A program made the translations under genes and the position numbers. The notes beneath the pieces were generated by a model. That model did no database searches, had not been told where the DNA came from, and worked only from the letters and a program-made list of their open reading frames with translations. From Eledone cirrhosa (taxonomy: Eukaryota): 64,000 nucleotides of DNA. Location: NCBI GenBank assembly GCA_964016885.1, contig OZ024743.1:4836001-4900000 (forward strand), written 5' to 3'. Shown here piece after piece: positions 40,591 through 52,290 of the stretch. The stretch's first letter is position 1. Each line of letters begins with the position of its first letter.

Positions 40591-41582
40591 ATTAAATAAA
40601 TGGAAACTATATTTATAAAACCATATTTATTTCATTATATATATTTCGGGGATATCATATTAACAATATGCTATGCCTTCCTCAGACAAAATACAATATA
40701 AACAGTTTTATAGATAAATAGATTCGACATACCGTTATAACACCGACTTCCATTTGAAGAGGTTTAAGCTGGCAGTGAAAAAATTTTACACAGAGAGAAA
40801 GAAAGAGAGAAAAAAAAGAGAGAAAAAAAGAAAGAAAGACAGAAAACGAAGAAAAGGAAGAAAAAGAAGAAATGCATGGAACAAAATAGAGAGATGGAAA
40901 GATAGATAAAGCGAAGAACTTCATGTAAAGAAACAGAAAGAGATATATATATATAGAGAGAGAGGAAATAGAGATAGATACATATATATATATAGAAAAT
41001 TAGGTAGTGGGAGGTCATTTTGAGTAAATGTATCAATGATACATTTATTTATTTATTTATTTATTTAGCTCAAGTATTAATGTAAGGGAGATATATAGAG
41101 AGAGAAAAAAAATATAGAGAGAGAAAAAATAGCGAGAGAAAAAAATTTAAAAATAGCCAGATATATTCGAGGCGTAAAAACCCTATTTACGCCTCGAATA
41201 TATCTGGCTATTTTTAAATTTTTTTCTCTCGCTATTTTTTCTCTCTCTATATTTTTTTTCTCTCTTTTTTTTCTCTCTTTCTTTCTCTCTGTGTAAAATT
41301 TTTTCACTGCCAGCTTAAACCTCTTCAAATGGAAGTCGGTGTTATAACGGTATGTCGAATCTATTTATCTATAAAACTGTTTATATTGTATTTTGTCTGA
41401 GGAAGGCATAGCATATTGTTAATATGATATCCCCGAAATATATATAATGAAATAAATATGGTTTTATAAATATAGTTTCCATTTATTTAATATTGTAAAT
41501 ATACTCCAAATATTTGTCGAGTACTTTTATATCAGTTATAAATATTTACTAGTTGTAACCCAACAATTTTAAATATAACTTT

Positions 41583-41587
<5 letters not shown>
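40585..41587. mobile_element. Fold-back solo pLTR of the 52-55 kb PLE family
   Basis: 40585-40830 is inverted at 41260-41497, with a near-perfect palindrome centred ~41184. The sequence matches 52020-52375 and 55080-55592. Confidence 0.82.
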
Positions 41588-41617
<30 letters not shown>

Positions 41618-42181
41618 GCCGAGGTTAACTTTGCCTTTCATCCTTTCGGGGTCGATAAAATAAAGTACCAGTAATGCACTGGGATAATTGCTGGCCTTGT
41701 GCTAAAAGTAGAAACAATTATATATATATATATGTAGATAATTCTACCAAAATATACGGTAGTGTCCAATCCGTATGAAGAACTCAATGTAATTCAAATA
41801 TCATGAAAAGAGAAGATGCATTCAAAAATTTTCGATGAAAATCATAGGAAAACAGAGTCAAGATAAATTAATAAAAACAATGAAGACAGCATGAAGGTAT
41901 GTATAGTTCCTTTGATAATTTGTAATATTTTTACATAGATCTATATGATATACATACCAACACACATATACATCCTAGAAACGATCGTAAAATGATGATT
42001 TTTTTAAATATAAGGAACTTGTTCTTTGTTTTTATTTCATTGTTTTTATTAATTTATATATATATATATAGTTGTTTTTCGCTAATTCCAAAGCCGAAAT
42101 ACGATTTTCGGTAATTTATATTTGTATATATATATATATACAAGATAGAGCAAACAGCACGGACACTCTATCTCAAAATTA

Positions 42182-42219
42182 TTTTTGAAAAGCATTTAGA
42201 AATGCGCAACCGGTAAAAA
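42182..42219 (+). ncRNA. Variant hammerhead-like motif (UUGAAAA...GCAA); further copies at 21757-21795 (-) and 48141-48177 (+)
   Basis: ttt-TTGAAAA-gcatt-taga-aatgc-GCAA-ccg-GTA-aaa, conserved in three copies of the repeat. Confidence 0.45.
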
Positions 42220-42336
42220 CTTAAAAACTTAAAACCACAACTGAATACTAACCCATACAATCACTAATACTCTTTTATTCCTAATTAAACCATTTTTCAA
42301 CTGTGAACAATTTGTCAGCATTTTCTATTCCGTTTA

Positions 42337-42415
<79 letters not shown>

Positions 42416-42463
42416 TGTACAGATTAAAGTTTAAGCAAAGAATCGCTGCCCTCACCCTTTTAC

Positions 42464-42519
<56 letters not shown>

Positions 42520-42677
42520 TCATTGGATTACACCATCTAGTCGATCATTTTGATCTCGGTAACTATTTTAGTGATTTCGATGAAAGTTGAATGGAAACGT
42601 CAAGAGAACATATGTACATATAAGGATCGAAATACCAAACGATATCTTCGATATACGCGTGCACACACACATGCACA

Positions 42678-42789
<112 letters not shown>

Positions 42790-42805
42790 GAGAGAGAGAG
42801 AGAGT

Positions 42806-42863
<58 letters not shown>

Positions 42864-43223
42864 TGTGTGTGTGTGAAAAGTAAACAGAAATAACAAAGCA
42901 AACGTCACGGTACAATGAAGAAATATATTAGTTTAACGCTTGAAATAATATATATATATAATATAATTATATATAATATAATTTTGCGGTACAAATATAT
43001 AAAAGTGGTTAATGCAGTCTTATGTTAGAATGTCGTTTTTCACGCAGAGTTCAAACTTCATAGGTTCCAATTAAATTACGTTGAGAAAGCAAATGTTCTA
43101 AATTTTACACTATATCTGTTTAACACAAACACGTATTTGTATTGAGTGGAGCATCAAATATTTTCAAATGCTGTCGTGGGTAATGGAGCAAAACAAATTA
43201 AGGGCCATTATTATAGAGTCATC

Positions 43224-43411
43224 GGTGGATTGGCAGTATCGATAGAGGGTCGGACGCCATGCTTTGACGCATAGAGTTACGGCCCTTGCCATTCTGAGTT
43301 CAAATCCCGTCGGGGTTAACTTTGCCTTTCATCCTTACGGGGTCGATAAAATAAAGTACCAGTAATGCACTGGGTAATTGCTGGCCTTGTGCCAAAAGTA
43401 GAAACAATTAT
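43224..43411 (+). mobile_element. tRNA-derived SINE, full-length representative (~190 bp)
   Basis: It has an A-box-like TGGCAGTATCGG, a B-box GAGTTCAAATCC, a central GCCTTTCATCCTTACGGGGTCGATAAAATAAAGTACC (resembling the Meta-SINE conserved domain, from memory) and an (ATT)n tail. Confidence 0.88.
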
Positions 43412-44137
43412 TATAGAGTCATATATGTGTTAATTTCAGTGACATAAACTGGGATTATACGCCTGTATAATCGGCTTATCGCTCAATTGTACGCATCAAC
43501 AGAATACGAAGGAAATGACAGCCAGCAATGTTAGTGGTGTTGCTTGTTGGCTCTGGTCTGTACTATATCAAGGTGAGGGATTTTTACAATCCTCGAGGAA
43601 AATATTTTGTATGTATCGGTAAGACCACTATAATATTTAAGATTAGAGTATGATGGCAAAACGTTGAGTTTCACTGTGATACAGAAGTAGCAGCATGTTA
43701 ATACATTTCCAAATACCTTCTCTAACATTGCTAGTGAACTCTCTTTTATCTCTCGATTGTCAAATATGCTTTTCAAGTTATGTTTTTTATGCAGCAATAT
43801 ATACAAATGTATACAAATTTTAAAGGTGTGCTGCTGAATATATCAGCACTATGTGAAGGGACAAAGCTCTGTATTTCGACATGTCGACTCTTTTAACTCT
43901 ACGTTTCTTTGCAATATTTTTGCACTGTAGTTTTTAACGACGCAGGATATATATATATTTTTTAAGCAGCTATAGATCACCTTCATATTGTTTTTGGTTG
44001 AACAGCTTGTAGAAATGTTGGTCATTAAGTAAATATTTGTCCACACTGGTTGTTACACGAATGGTGAATGTGAGGTTATACTATATATACCTTCTGTGTG
44101 ACGAAGGAGCTTTGAGAAATATATAAACAACCGGTTA

Positions 44138-45870
44138 CACCGTGTAACATACTTTTTGTTCCCCGGTTCTAAGTGTCATTTCATGGTTTCTTATATCCCA
44201 TTATTATTTTTAAAAAACACTATTTTTTAATCAGAAGTTTGGGTTTGTGGTCAGGAGTTTGATATTTCGAAATTTTCATATTTTTCAAGAAAAAACACAT
44301 TTTTTTTAAATTTATCAGTTCAAATAATTAAATCAACAGAGTATATATTTATTTTATTACACAAGCTTATCAAAAGCAAACAAGTAAAAACAAATAACAC
44401 TTATAAAGCAACTTATACACGTCAGAAATGACTGGATTTCCTGGATTTGCGGCTGTTGTCCAGGTCGCATTCCCGCACTAGCCCCAGATACAGTCCCCCA
44501 TCATTTTTTCATTGTAGTGGCCCTGGTACCTCCGCTCTATCTCTTTCACACCTTTGTGGAATCGTTCGCTTTGTTCTTCTGAGTAGGCGCCCATATTGTC
44601 CTTGAATTTTTCCAGGTGAGCGTCCAGCATATGGAGTTTAAACGACATCCTGCCTCCCATGGCGCCAAAAGCCTTTATCAGATCCTGCACCAGTTGCTGG
44701 TAGTTTTCAGCTCTGTAGTTGCCCAGGAAGCCCTTAACAACTGCCTTGAAACAGTTCCATGCTGTTCTCTCAATCCTGTTGAGCTTATTGGAGAACTCAG
44801 TAGACTCAAACACCTTCTTTATCTGAAGTCCAACAAAAATTCCACCTTTGATTTTGGCCTCAGATAACTTGGGGAAGAACTCAAGAAGGTTCTTAAAAGC
44901 GGTTGAATCTTGGTTGAGAGCCTTCACAAACTGCTTCATCAACCCCAACTTAATGTGCAGTGGCGGCATGAGCACAATGCTGGGATCAACCAGTGGCTCC
45001 CACATGACGTTCTGGGTCCCAACTACAAATTCTGTTCGCTGCTCCCAATTCTTTCTTTTGTAGTGGTCAGAGTGGCTCTGCTGTCCCAAAGACAGAGGAA
45101 GCATTGGAATTTGATAAAGCCTACTTGGAGTTCAAGTAGGAAAGCCACCATATTGAAGTCTCCAATGATTTCCCAGTTGTACTGGTTGTATTGCAGAGCT
45201 TCCAAGAGGACTGTAGTAATCTTCCTTCAGGCAGACTGAATGAGCTAGGGGCAGTGTCGAGAACTTGTTTCCATTGTGGAGGAGGACAGCCTTCAAACTT
45301 GTGGTGGAGCTGTCTATAAATAGCCGCCACTCCTTGGGTACAAACGGCACCCCAATAACGTCAAACAGTTCAGACATGTCATGGTAGAAGCAGAGGCCAT
45401 CCCTAAGAGTGTAAAAGCCTGAGAAAGGTTCGTGTCGACTTCTCTGACTTGTCACCTACACTTCCTCCTTGACCAAGTTCCACTGCTTCATCCTGGAGAC
45501 GAATGCTTAAAACACAACTTACCCTTTATTCAGGGTGCGAAAATCCAGTATCAATAAATCTCTTTAATCCACTTTTTAACAATTTTATACTTTATTGCAC
45601 TTTTATAATTTTCTTTAGGTATTACACTTTATTTTATAATTTTAATTTAACCTGAAACATATATAAAAAAATCATTTAACATAAGCAAATTAAACTTACA
45701 TACAACGTAAAATCCAGCATACAAAAAATTCTAGTGAATAGCTTAGAATTTTTACAAACCCAAACTTTTAACTGTTTAATAGCACTTTTTTGTTTATTTG
45801 GGACCTAAGTAACACAAAAAAGTGATTACAAGCCAGGAACAGAGGAAAAAAATTTTTTTGTTACACGTTG
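44138..45870 (-). mobile_element. Chapaev-type (CMC superfamily) DNA transposon, internally deleted, degenerate transposase
   Basis: Termini are CACCGTGTAACA... and ...TGTTACACGTTG, flanked by a TTA duplication (44135-37 and 45871-73). Transposase fragments at 44478-45500 read WRLFIDSS, IIGD, PPLHIKLGLMKQFVKAL and SEEQSERFH. The family assignment is from recalled motifs. Confidence 0.8.
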
Positions 45871-46100
45871 TTATCAAACCAACCAACCAACCGGAAATTT
45901 ATAATAAATTGAAATGACAACCAACAGGTACGTGTGTTTTTATTGGCAACATGACCCTCCCAAAGTATAACAATATACATACATACATATATATATAAAT
46001 TATATATATATATATAACATATATATAATATATATTTATATATATATATAAATATATATATAATATATATTTATTTATATATATATATATGTATATATAT

Positions 46101-46179
<79 letters not shown>

Positions 46180-46312
46180 TATATATAACATATATATAAT
46201 ATATATTTATATATACATATATATAATATATGTATATATATGTATATAACATATATATAATATATATATATATATACATATAATATATATATATAACATA
46301 TATATAATATAT

Positions 46313-46353
<41 letters not shown>

Positions 46354-46569
46354 CATACATATATATAATATATATACATACATATATATAATATATATAC
46401 ATAACATATATATAATATATATAGTTAGGGAAGCAAAAAATTGCTTATTGTGATCCAGTTTTTGGTTAAGAAAGCCAGTTTTATTAATGGTTTCAACGTA
46501 CGGTTTGTAAGTTTGTAAGAATTCCGTTCAATCTTGGAGTATAAAGTATAAAAGAGAAAACACAGGTAA

Positions 46570-47935
46570 GCATTAAGAGAAGGATTTTATCCAGGTATTT
46601 ACGACCGTTTCATTGGTAAGTGCAACTTATATTGCTATACTGCAAATAGCAGCCACTCAATTATAATTGTTGTTCACAGTCCAAATTTTCAAAATAGTGA
46701 GTAAGTTACTCTTGAAATAATTCTTAATATATAGAGAAAACATTTATTTGGAATTGTATTTACTAGTATAGAGAGAGAGGAATCAGAAGGTGAGGGGACA
46801 GACGGAATAGTATAGAGAGAAAGGAAGGGGGAAGAGGTAGGAAGTAGAGTGACAAACTGAGATGGAGAGAGGGGTAGAAGTGGAAGGATTCCTTGGTCAG
46901 TTTTGAAATGGTATTACATCGGAGCGACTGGGAATACATTTAAAGCCCGTTGGTATACACACCGTTACGCAATGAAACATTCCCAGCACCGTTATGTAAC
47001 TACCCTTGCAAACAAGACCTGGCAACTGAGGGAAAGTAACCATCAATACACCCTGAAGTGGAAAAAATTATCGAACGCGCCCCCATATCGGAGTGGTATG
47101 AGAAGCTGTCGATTATGCGACCTTGAGCTGTTCCACATCTTAAGTTCGAAGAATAAGTTACTCAACAATAAAATCGAGAGATCAATTTATTGTAACCATA
47201 GACTCAAAGAGAAGTTTTCGCACTACAAGTGCAAATCGAACCCTTAACCTCTTACTACCAACTGACAAACTGCATATACTTAGACTTTATACCCTTTTGT
47301 TGTATCTAAACCCTTTAATTACCCACAACACCAATACATATATCCCCCTCTTCTCCCTCATTCCTTCCATCCCTCCCCTTCTAGGCTATCTTTTCTTTTC
47401 TTCTTTCTCACCCCCTTCTTTGCTTTTATTTTTGTCATTATTATCTTTATCTTTATTTTTTTATATATATATATATATATATATTATCTCTTTATATCTC
47501 CCCCCCCCCCTCTCTCTCCCTCTCTATCCATCCCTCCCACTATGATCAATTTAATTCTCTTTAACTCACTACATTCCACGACATGAAGTCTACTATCAAA
47601 ACTGACCAAGGAATCCTTCCACCTCTACCCCTCCCTCCATCTCAGTTTGTCACTCTACTTCCTACCTCCTACCCTTCCTCTCTCTCTATACTATTCCGTC
47701 TGTCCCCTCACCTTCTGATTCCTCTCTCTCTATACTAGTAAATACAATTCCAAATAAATGTTTTTCTGTATATATTAAGAATTATTTCAAGAGTAACTTA
47801 CTATTTTGAAAATTTGGACTGTGAACAACAATTATAATTGAGTGGCTGCTATTTGCAGTATAGCAATATAAGGTTGCACTTACCAATGAAACGGTCGTAA
47901 ATACCTGGATAAAATCCGTCTCTTAATGCTTATCT
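46570..47935 (+). mobile_element. Truncated PLE: GIY-YIG C-terminal ORF (46903..47247) between inverted pLTRs
   Basis: The peptide YYIGATGNTFKARWYTH...CRLCDLE...LLN...CNH is homologous to the C-terminus of 52291..54153. 46570-46902 is an inverted repeat of 47598-47935. Confidence 0.85.
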
Positions 47936-47964
47936 CTTTTATACTATATATATATATATATATA

Positions 47965-48290
47965 AAAGGAAAAGAAAATGCTGACAAATTGTTCCCAGTG
48001 AAAAATAGTTTAATTTGGAATAAGTAAAAATTAGTAATAAGTATTGGTTAGTATTCAGTTTTAGTTTTAAGTTTTTACCGGTTGAGCGCCCGTTATGTTT
48101 GCTCTAGAGCAAACATCACGGGCGCTCTATCTCAAAATTATTTTTGAAAAACATTAGAAATGCGCAACCGGTAAAAACTTAAAACTAAAACTGAATACTA
48201 ACCAATACTTATTACTAATTTTTACTTCTTCCTAATTAAACTATTTTTCACTGGGAACAATTTGTCAGCATTTTCTTTTTCTTTTACCAA
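47965..48290. repeat. Fold-back pLTR-like element
   Basis: aaaagaaaatgctgacaaattgttcccagtgaaaa... and its reverse complement at 48245-48280. The centre gagcgcccg..cgggcgctc is at ~48105. Confidence 0.88.
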
Positions 48291-48379
48291 TATATCACAA
48301 CTCGTGTTTTACACCTCTATTCTCTTATATATATATATATATATACATACATATATATCATATATATATAACATATATA

Positions 48380-51213
48380 TATATTGTTATACTTTGGGAG
48401 GGTCATGTTGCCAATAAGAAACACACGCACCAGTGCTTTCACTTCAATTTATTATAATAAATTTATAAATTTAGGAATTTATAAATTTCTGGTTGGTTGG
48501 TTGGTTGGTTCCACAACCAGATAGTTGTTTATATATTGTCAAAGTTCTTTCGTCACACATTCTGTGACCGCTTCAGTGACTGGGATTCTTTTCTTTGTTT
48601 TTGTGCCTCTCCTTTGTTCTGTCCTACGCCATTTTGTTTCTGTGTGTGTGTTGTGTGCTCAGTCTGCGCATGCGCCACATCCGGGTGTCTGTGTGTGTTT
48701 ATATTTGTTTATTTATTTGTTTATTTACATGTTACCGGTTGGTTGTTTGTTCTATGTGTGTGTGTGTTTTCATTTTGTCCTTAATTGTAAGTTGTGATGT
48801 TGCTGTTCCACTCATATTTTCTATTTAATTTTGGTTGTAATTCTTTTATGTTTATTGCCTCTGTGATTTGTCTAAACATTGCGTCTTTTCTGTGTGTAGA
48901 TTCTATTTTTATTTCTATGTTCTCTAATTTACCCTTATGTTCTATTTTAGCATGTTGGTAGAGTACAGATTATTCTTTACTATCTTGAAGGTCTCGCCAG
49001 TGTTCATTTATCCGTTCCCCTACACTACGAGCTGTCTCACCTATGTACACTATATTTTTGTCTCTACATTGTCCTTCAGTACATCTTATGCTATACACTA
49101 CATTTCTAGTTTTACAGTTAATATGGGGGATTATTTTACAGGTTATACATTTCTTATCTATACAGGGGGGGGTCTTTGGAAAGGGTATGTCTTGCTAATA
49201 AGTGTTTTTACGGAGGTACCTGGTCTTTCTACTATCTTAATATTGAGTTTATGTTTATCTAGGGCTCTTCTAAATTTGGAAGCTAATTCACCTCTAGGGG
49301 TTGTATCGATGAACATTACACTCTGGTATTTATTGCTATCATACCATGAGTTTATTCTATTAGCCTTATTCCTAGTTCTTTCTATTCTATTCCAAAATTT
49401 GCTCCTATACAAGGGGCAGGTCCTATTTGTGTCATTATTTATCATTTTTTCCCATTTGATTCTGGCTCCTCTATACACTCTGATTCTATCTCTCTGATTG
49501 TAACCAGAGAACTGCATACGGTGGATGAAGTGTTGTATGTGTCTCTCTAGTTCTTCGGGGTTGCACATGCGGGACACGTTTCTCATCACCCGTACCAAAT
49601 CCGCAATCAGTATGTTGATTTTGGTATGGTCCGAAACAAGACCAGCAAGAGGCAGACCACCTACCATTACCTCAATGGCCAAGAAAACCCACACAGATAG
49701 ATGGAACGGGTGGACCAGAGCCATACGGACAGCCGAAAACCACGATGAACTGAAGAAAATGATTGCACATGCGGTAGGGGCCAGCATAAAACTAACCCTT
49801 AAGGAACATATGTTCAAATTTAATGGAAAAACATATGCCCAAGAGGAAGGAGCAGCCATTGGTGTTAGCATTGCAGGCGACATGGCTAACTTATTCATGG
49901 TATGGTGGGACAGTAGACTTAAACTTAAACTTAAAGAACAATTAGAAGACCCCTTAACCCTGATAATGTACTCCCGCTACGTTGATGATATAAACATCGT
50001 AGTTAAGACACCCCCACTAGGGAACAGTCAGGAACTAGAGAAAAACACAATGGAAAGCATCCAGCAAATAGCTAACTCCATCCACCAGAGTCTCTATAGA
50101 CTACCCAAGTAAACACCCCAACCATCGATTGCCTGTACTAGACACAGAGCTCTGGTTAGATACCATTAATAACAAAAAATAAATCCCCCGTTCCCATTAT
50201 GCCAAACCCATGACTTCCAAACATCTGATCCACCGAAACTCGGCTGTTTCAGACCATACCAAAATCAACATACTGATTGCGGATTTGGTACGGGTGATGA
50301 GAAACGTGTCCCGCGTGTGCAAATTTAGAAGGGCCCTAGATAAACATAAACTCAATATTAAGATAGTAGAAAGACCAGGTACCTCCGTAAAAACACTTAT
50401 TAGCAAGACATACCCTTTCCAAAGACCCCCTGTATAGATAAGAAATGTATAACCTGTAAAATAATCCCCCATATTAACTGTAAAACTAGAAATGTAGTGT
50501 ATAGCATAAGATGTACTGAAGGATAATGTAGAGACAAAAATATAGTGTACATAGGTGAGACAGCTCGTAGTGTAGGGGAACGGATAAATGAACACTGGCG
50601 AGACCTTCAAGATAGTAAAGAATCATCTGTACTCTACCAACATGCTAAAATAGAACATAAGGGTAAATTAGAGAACATAGAAATAAAAATAGAATCTACA
50701 CACAGAAAAGACGCAATGTTTAGACAAATCACAGAGGCAATAAACATAAAAGAATTACAACCAAAATTAAATAGAAAATATGAGTGGAACAGCAACATCA
50801 CAACTTACAATTAAGGACAAAATGAAAACACACACACACATAGAACAAACAACCAACCGGTAACATGTAAATAAACAAATAAATAAACAAATATAAACAC
50901 ACACAGACACCCGGATGTGGCGTATGCGCAGACTGAGCACACAACACACACACAGAAACAAAATGGCGTAGGACAGAACAAAGGAGAGGCACAAAAACAA
51001 AGAAAAGAATCCCAGTCACTGAAGCGGTCACAGAATGTGTGACGAAAGAACTTTGACAATATATAAACAACTATCTGGTTGTGGAACCAACCAACCAACC
51101 AACCAGAAATTTATAAATTCCTAAATTTATAAATTTATTATAATAAATTGAAGTGAAAGCACTGGTGCGTGTGTTTCTTATTGGCAACATGACCCTCCCA
51201 AAGTATAACAATA
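48380..51213. mobile_element. Penelope-like element with large 5' inversion (inverted pLTR+EN copy, partial RT, GIY-YIG, pLTR)
   Basis: 48380-49275 is a near-perfect reverse complement of 50320-51213. RT motifs GAAIGVSIAGDMANLFM and YSRYVDD lie in 49635-50112. GIY-YIG motif YIGETARS...EH...EAINI..LN lies in 50545..50814. Confidence 0.9.
51015..51057 (+). ncRNA. Variant hammerhead-like motif in PLE pLTR (CUGAAGC core); mirror at ~48538-48580
   Basis: gtca-CTGAAGC-ggtcaca-gaatg-tgtgac-GAAA-gaa-CTT-tgac. Confidence 0.5.
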
Positions 51214-51339
51214 TCGGTTTCAACACACGATTTCAGATAAAGAATCTTGCTAAACAAATTCAGAAACGAAATATATATATATATATAACATATATAACAT
51301 ATATATATATATATAACATATATAACATAGATATAATAT

Positions 51340-51687
51340 ATTCTATTCTATTCTAGGACGGGTAAAATTCCCGAGATCCATGGACGAGTTCTCTCCAGCA
51401 GTCTCTATCCCGTCATTATCGCTGCCATGTCCTGTATCTCCAACAGACCAGTGTCTGTCCTTAGGGCATCAACATACGTTAACCTTGGTCTTCCTCTTCT
51501 AGTGTGTCCATGTAGGGGCTCCCACAGGAGCACTGAGTGCAATGTCAACTCTGGATGTCGGTGAGCATGTCCAGCTCACCTCAGTCTCCTCTGTGTCACT
51601 TTTGAGGTGACTTTTGGGAGGCTCCCATACAGCTCTGAGTTTTTCATCCTCAGTGTATACTGATTAATGTTCAGAGCCATCCTCAGC

Positions 51688-51690
<3 letters not shown>
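51340..51690 (-). mobile_element. RTE-clade LINE 3' fragment
   Basis: Minus-strand translation reads MLRMALNI..NSELY..RRLR*AGHAHRH..VLLWEPLHGHTRRGRPRLTYVD, the typical RTE C-terminus, followed by a short (TAGAA)n tail. Confidence 0.75.
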
Positions 51691-51769
<79 letters not shown>

Positions 51770-51846
51770 GAAAAGTATAGAAATTATTGTGAGCGTGAAG
51801 CCAACAGTATTTCATAATATATATATATATATATATATATTATGAA

Positions 51847-51877
<31 letters not shown>

Positions 51878-51896
51878 GAAATATATATATATTATG

Positions 51897-52021
<125 letters not shown>

Positions 52022-52290
52022 TGGAAAGTTATATTTAAATTGTTGGGTTACAACTAGTAAATATTTATAACTGATATAAAAGCACTCAACAAGTATTTGG
52101 AGTATATTTACGATATTAAATAAATGGAAACTATATTTATAAAACCATATTTATTTCATTATATATATTTCAGGGATATCATATTAACAATATGTTATGC
52201 CTTCCTCAGACAAAATACAATATAGACAGTTTTATAGATAAATAGATTTGACATACCGTTCAACATCGACTTGTATTTGAAAAAGTTGAT

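Noticed and set aside
43224-43310. tRNA gene
   Set aside because: The A/B boxes belong to a multi-copy SINE head and no complete cloverleaf forms.
48497-49497. Hydrophobic ORFs 48497..48828, 48937..49497 and mirror ORFs at 50197-51098
   Set aside because: They are antisense frames of the PLE ORF and pLTR.
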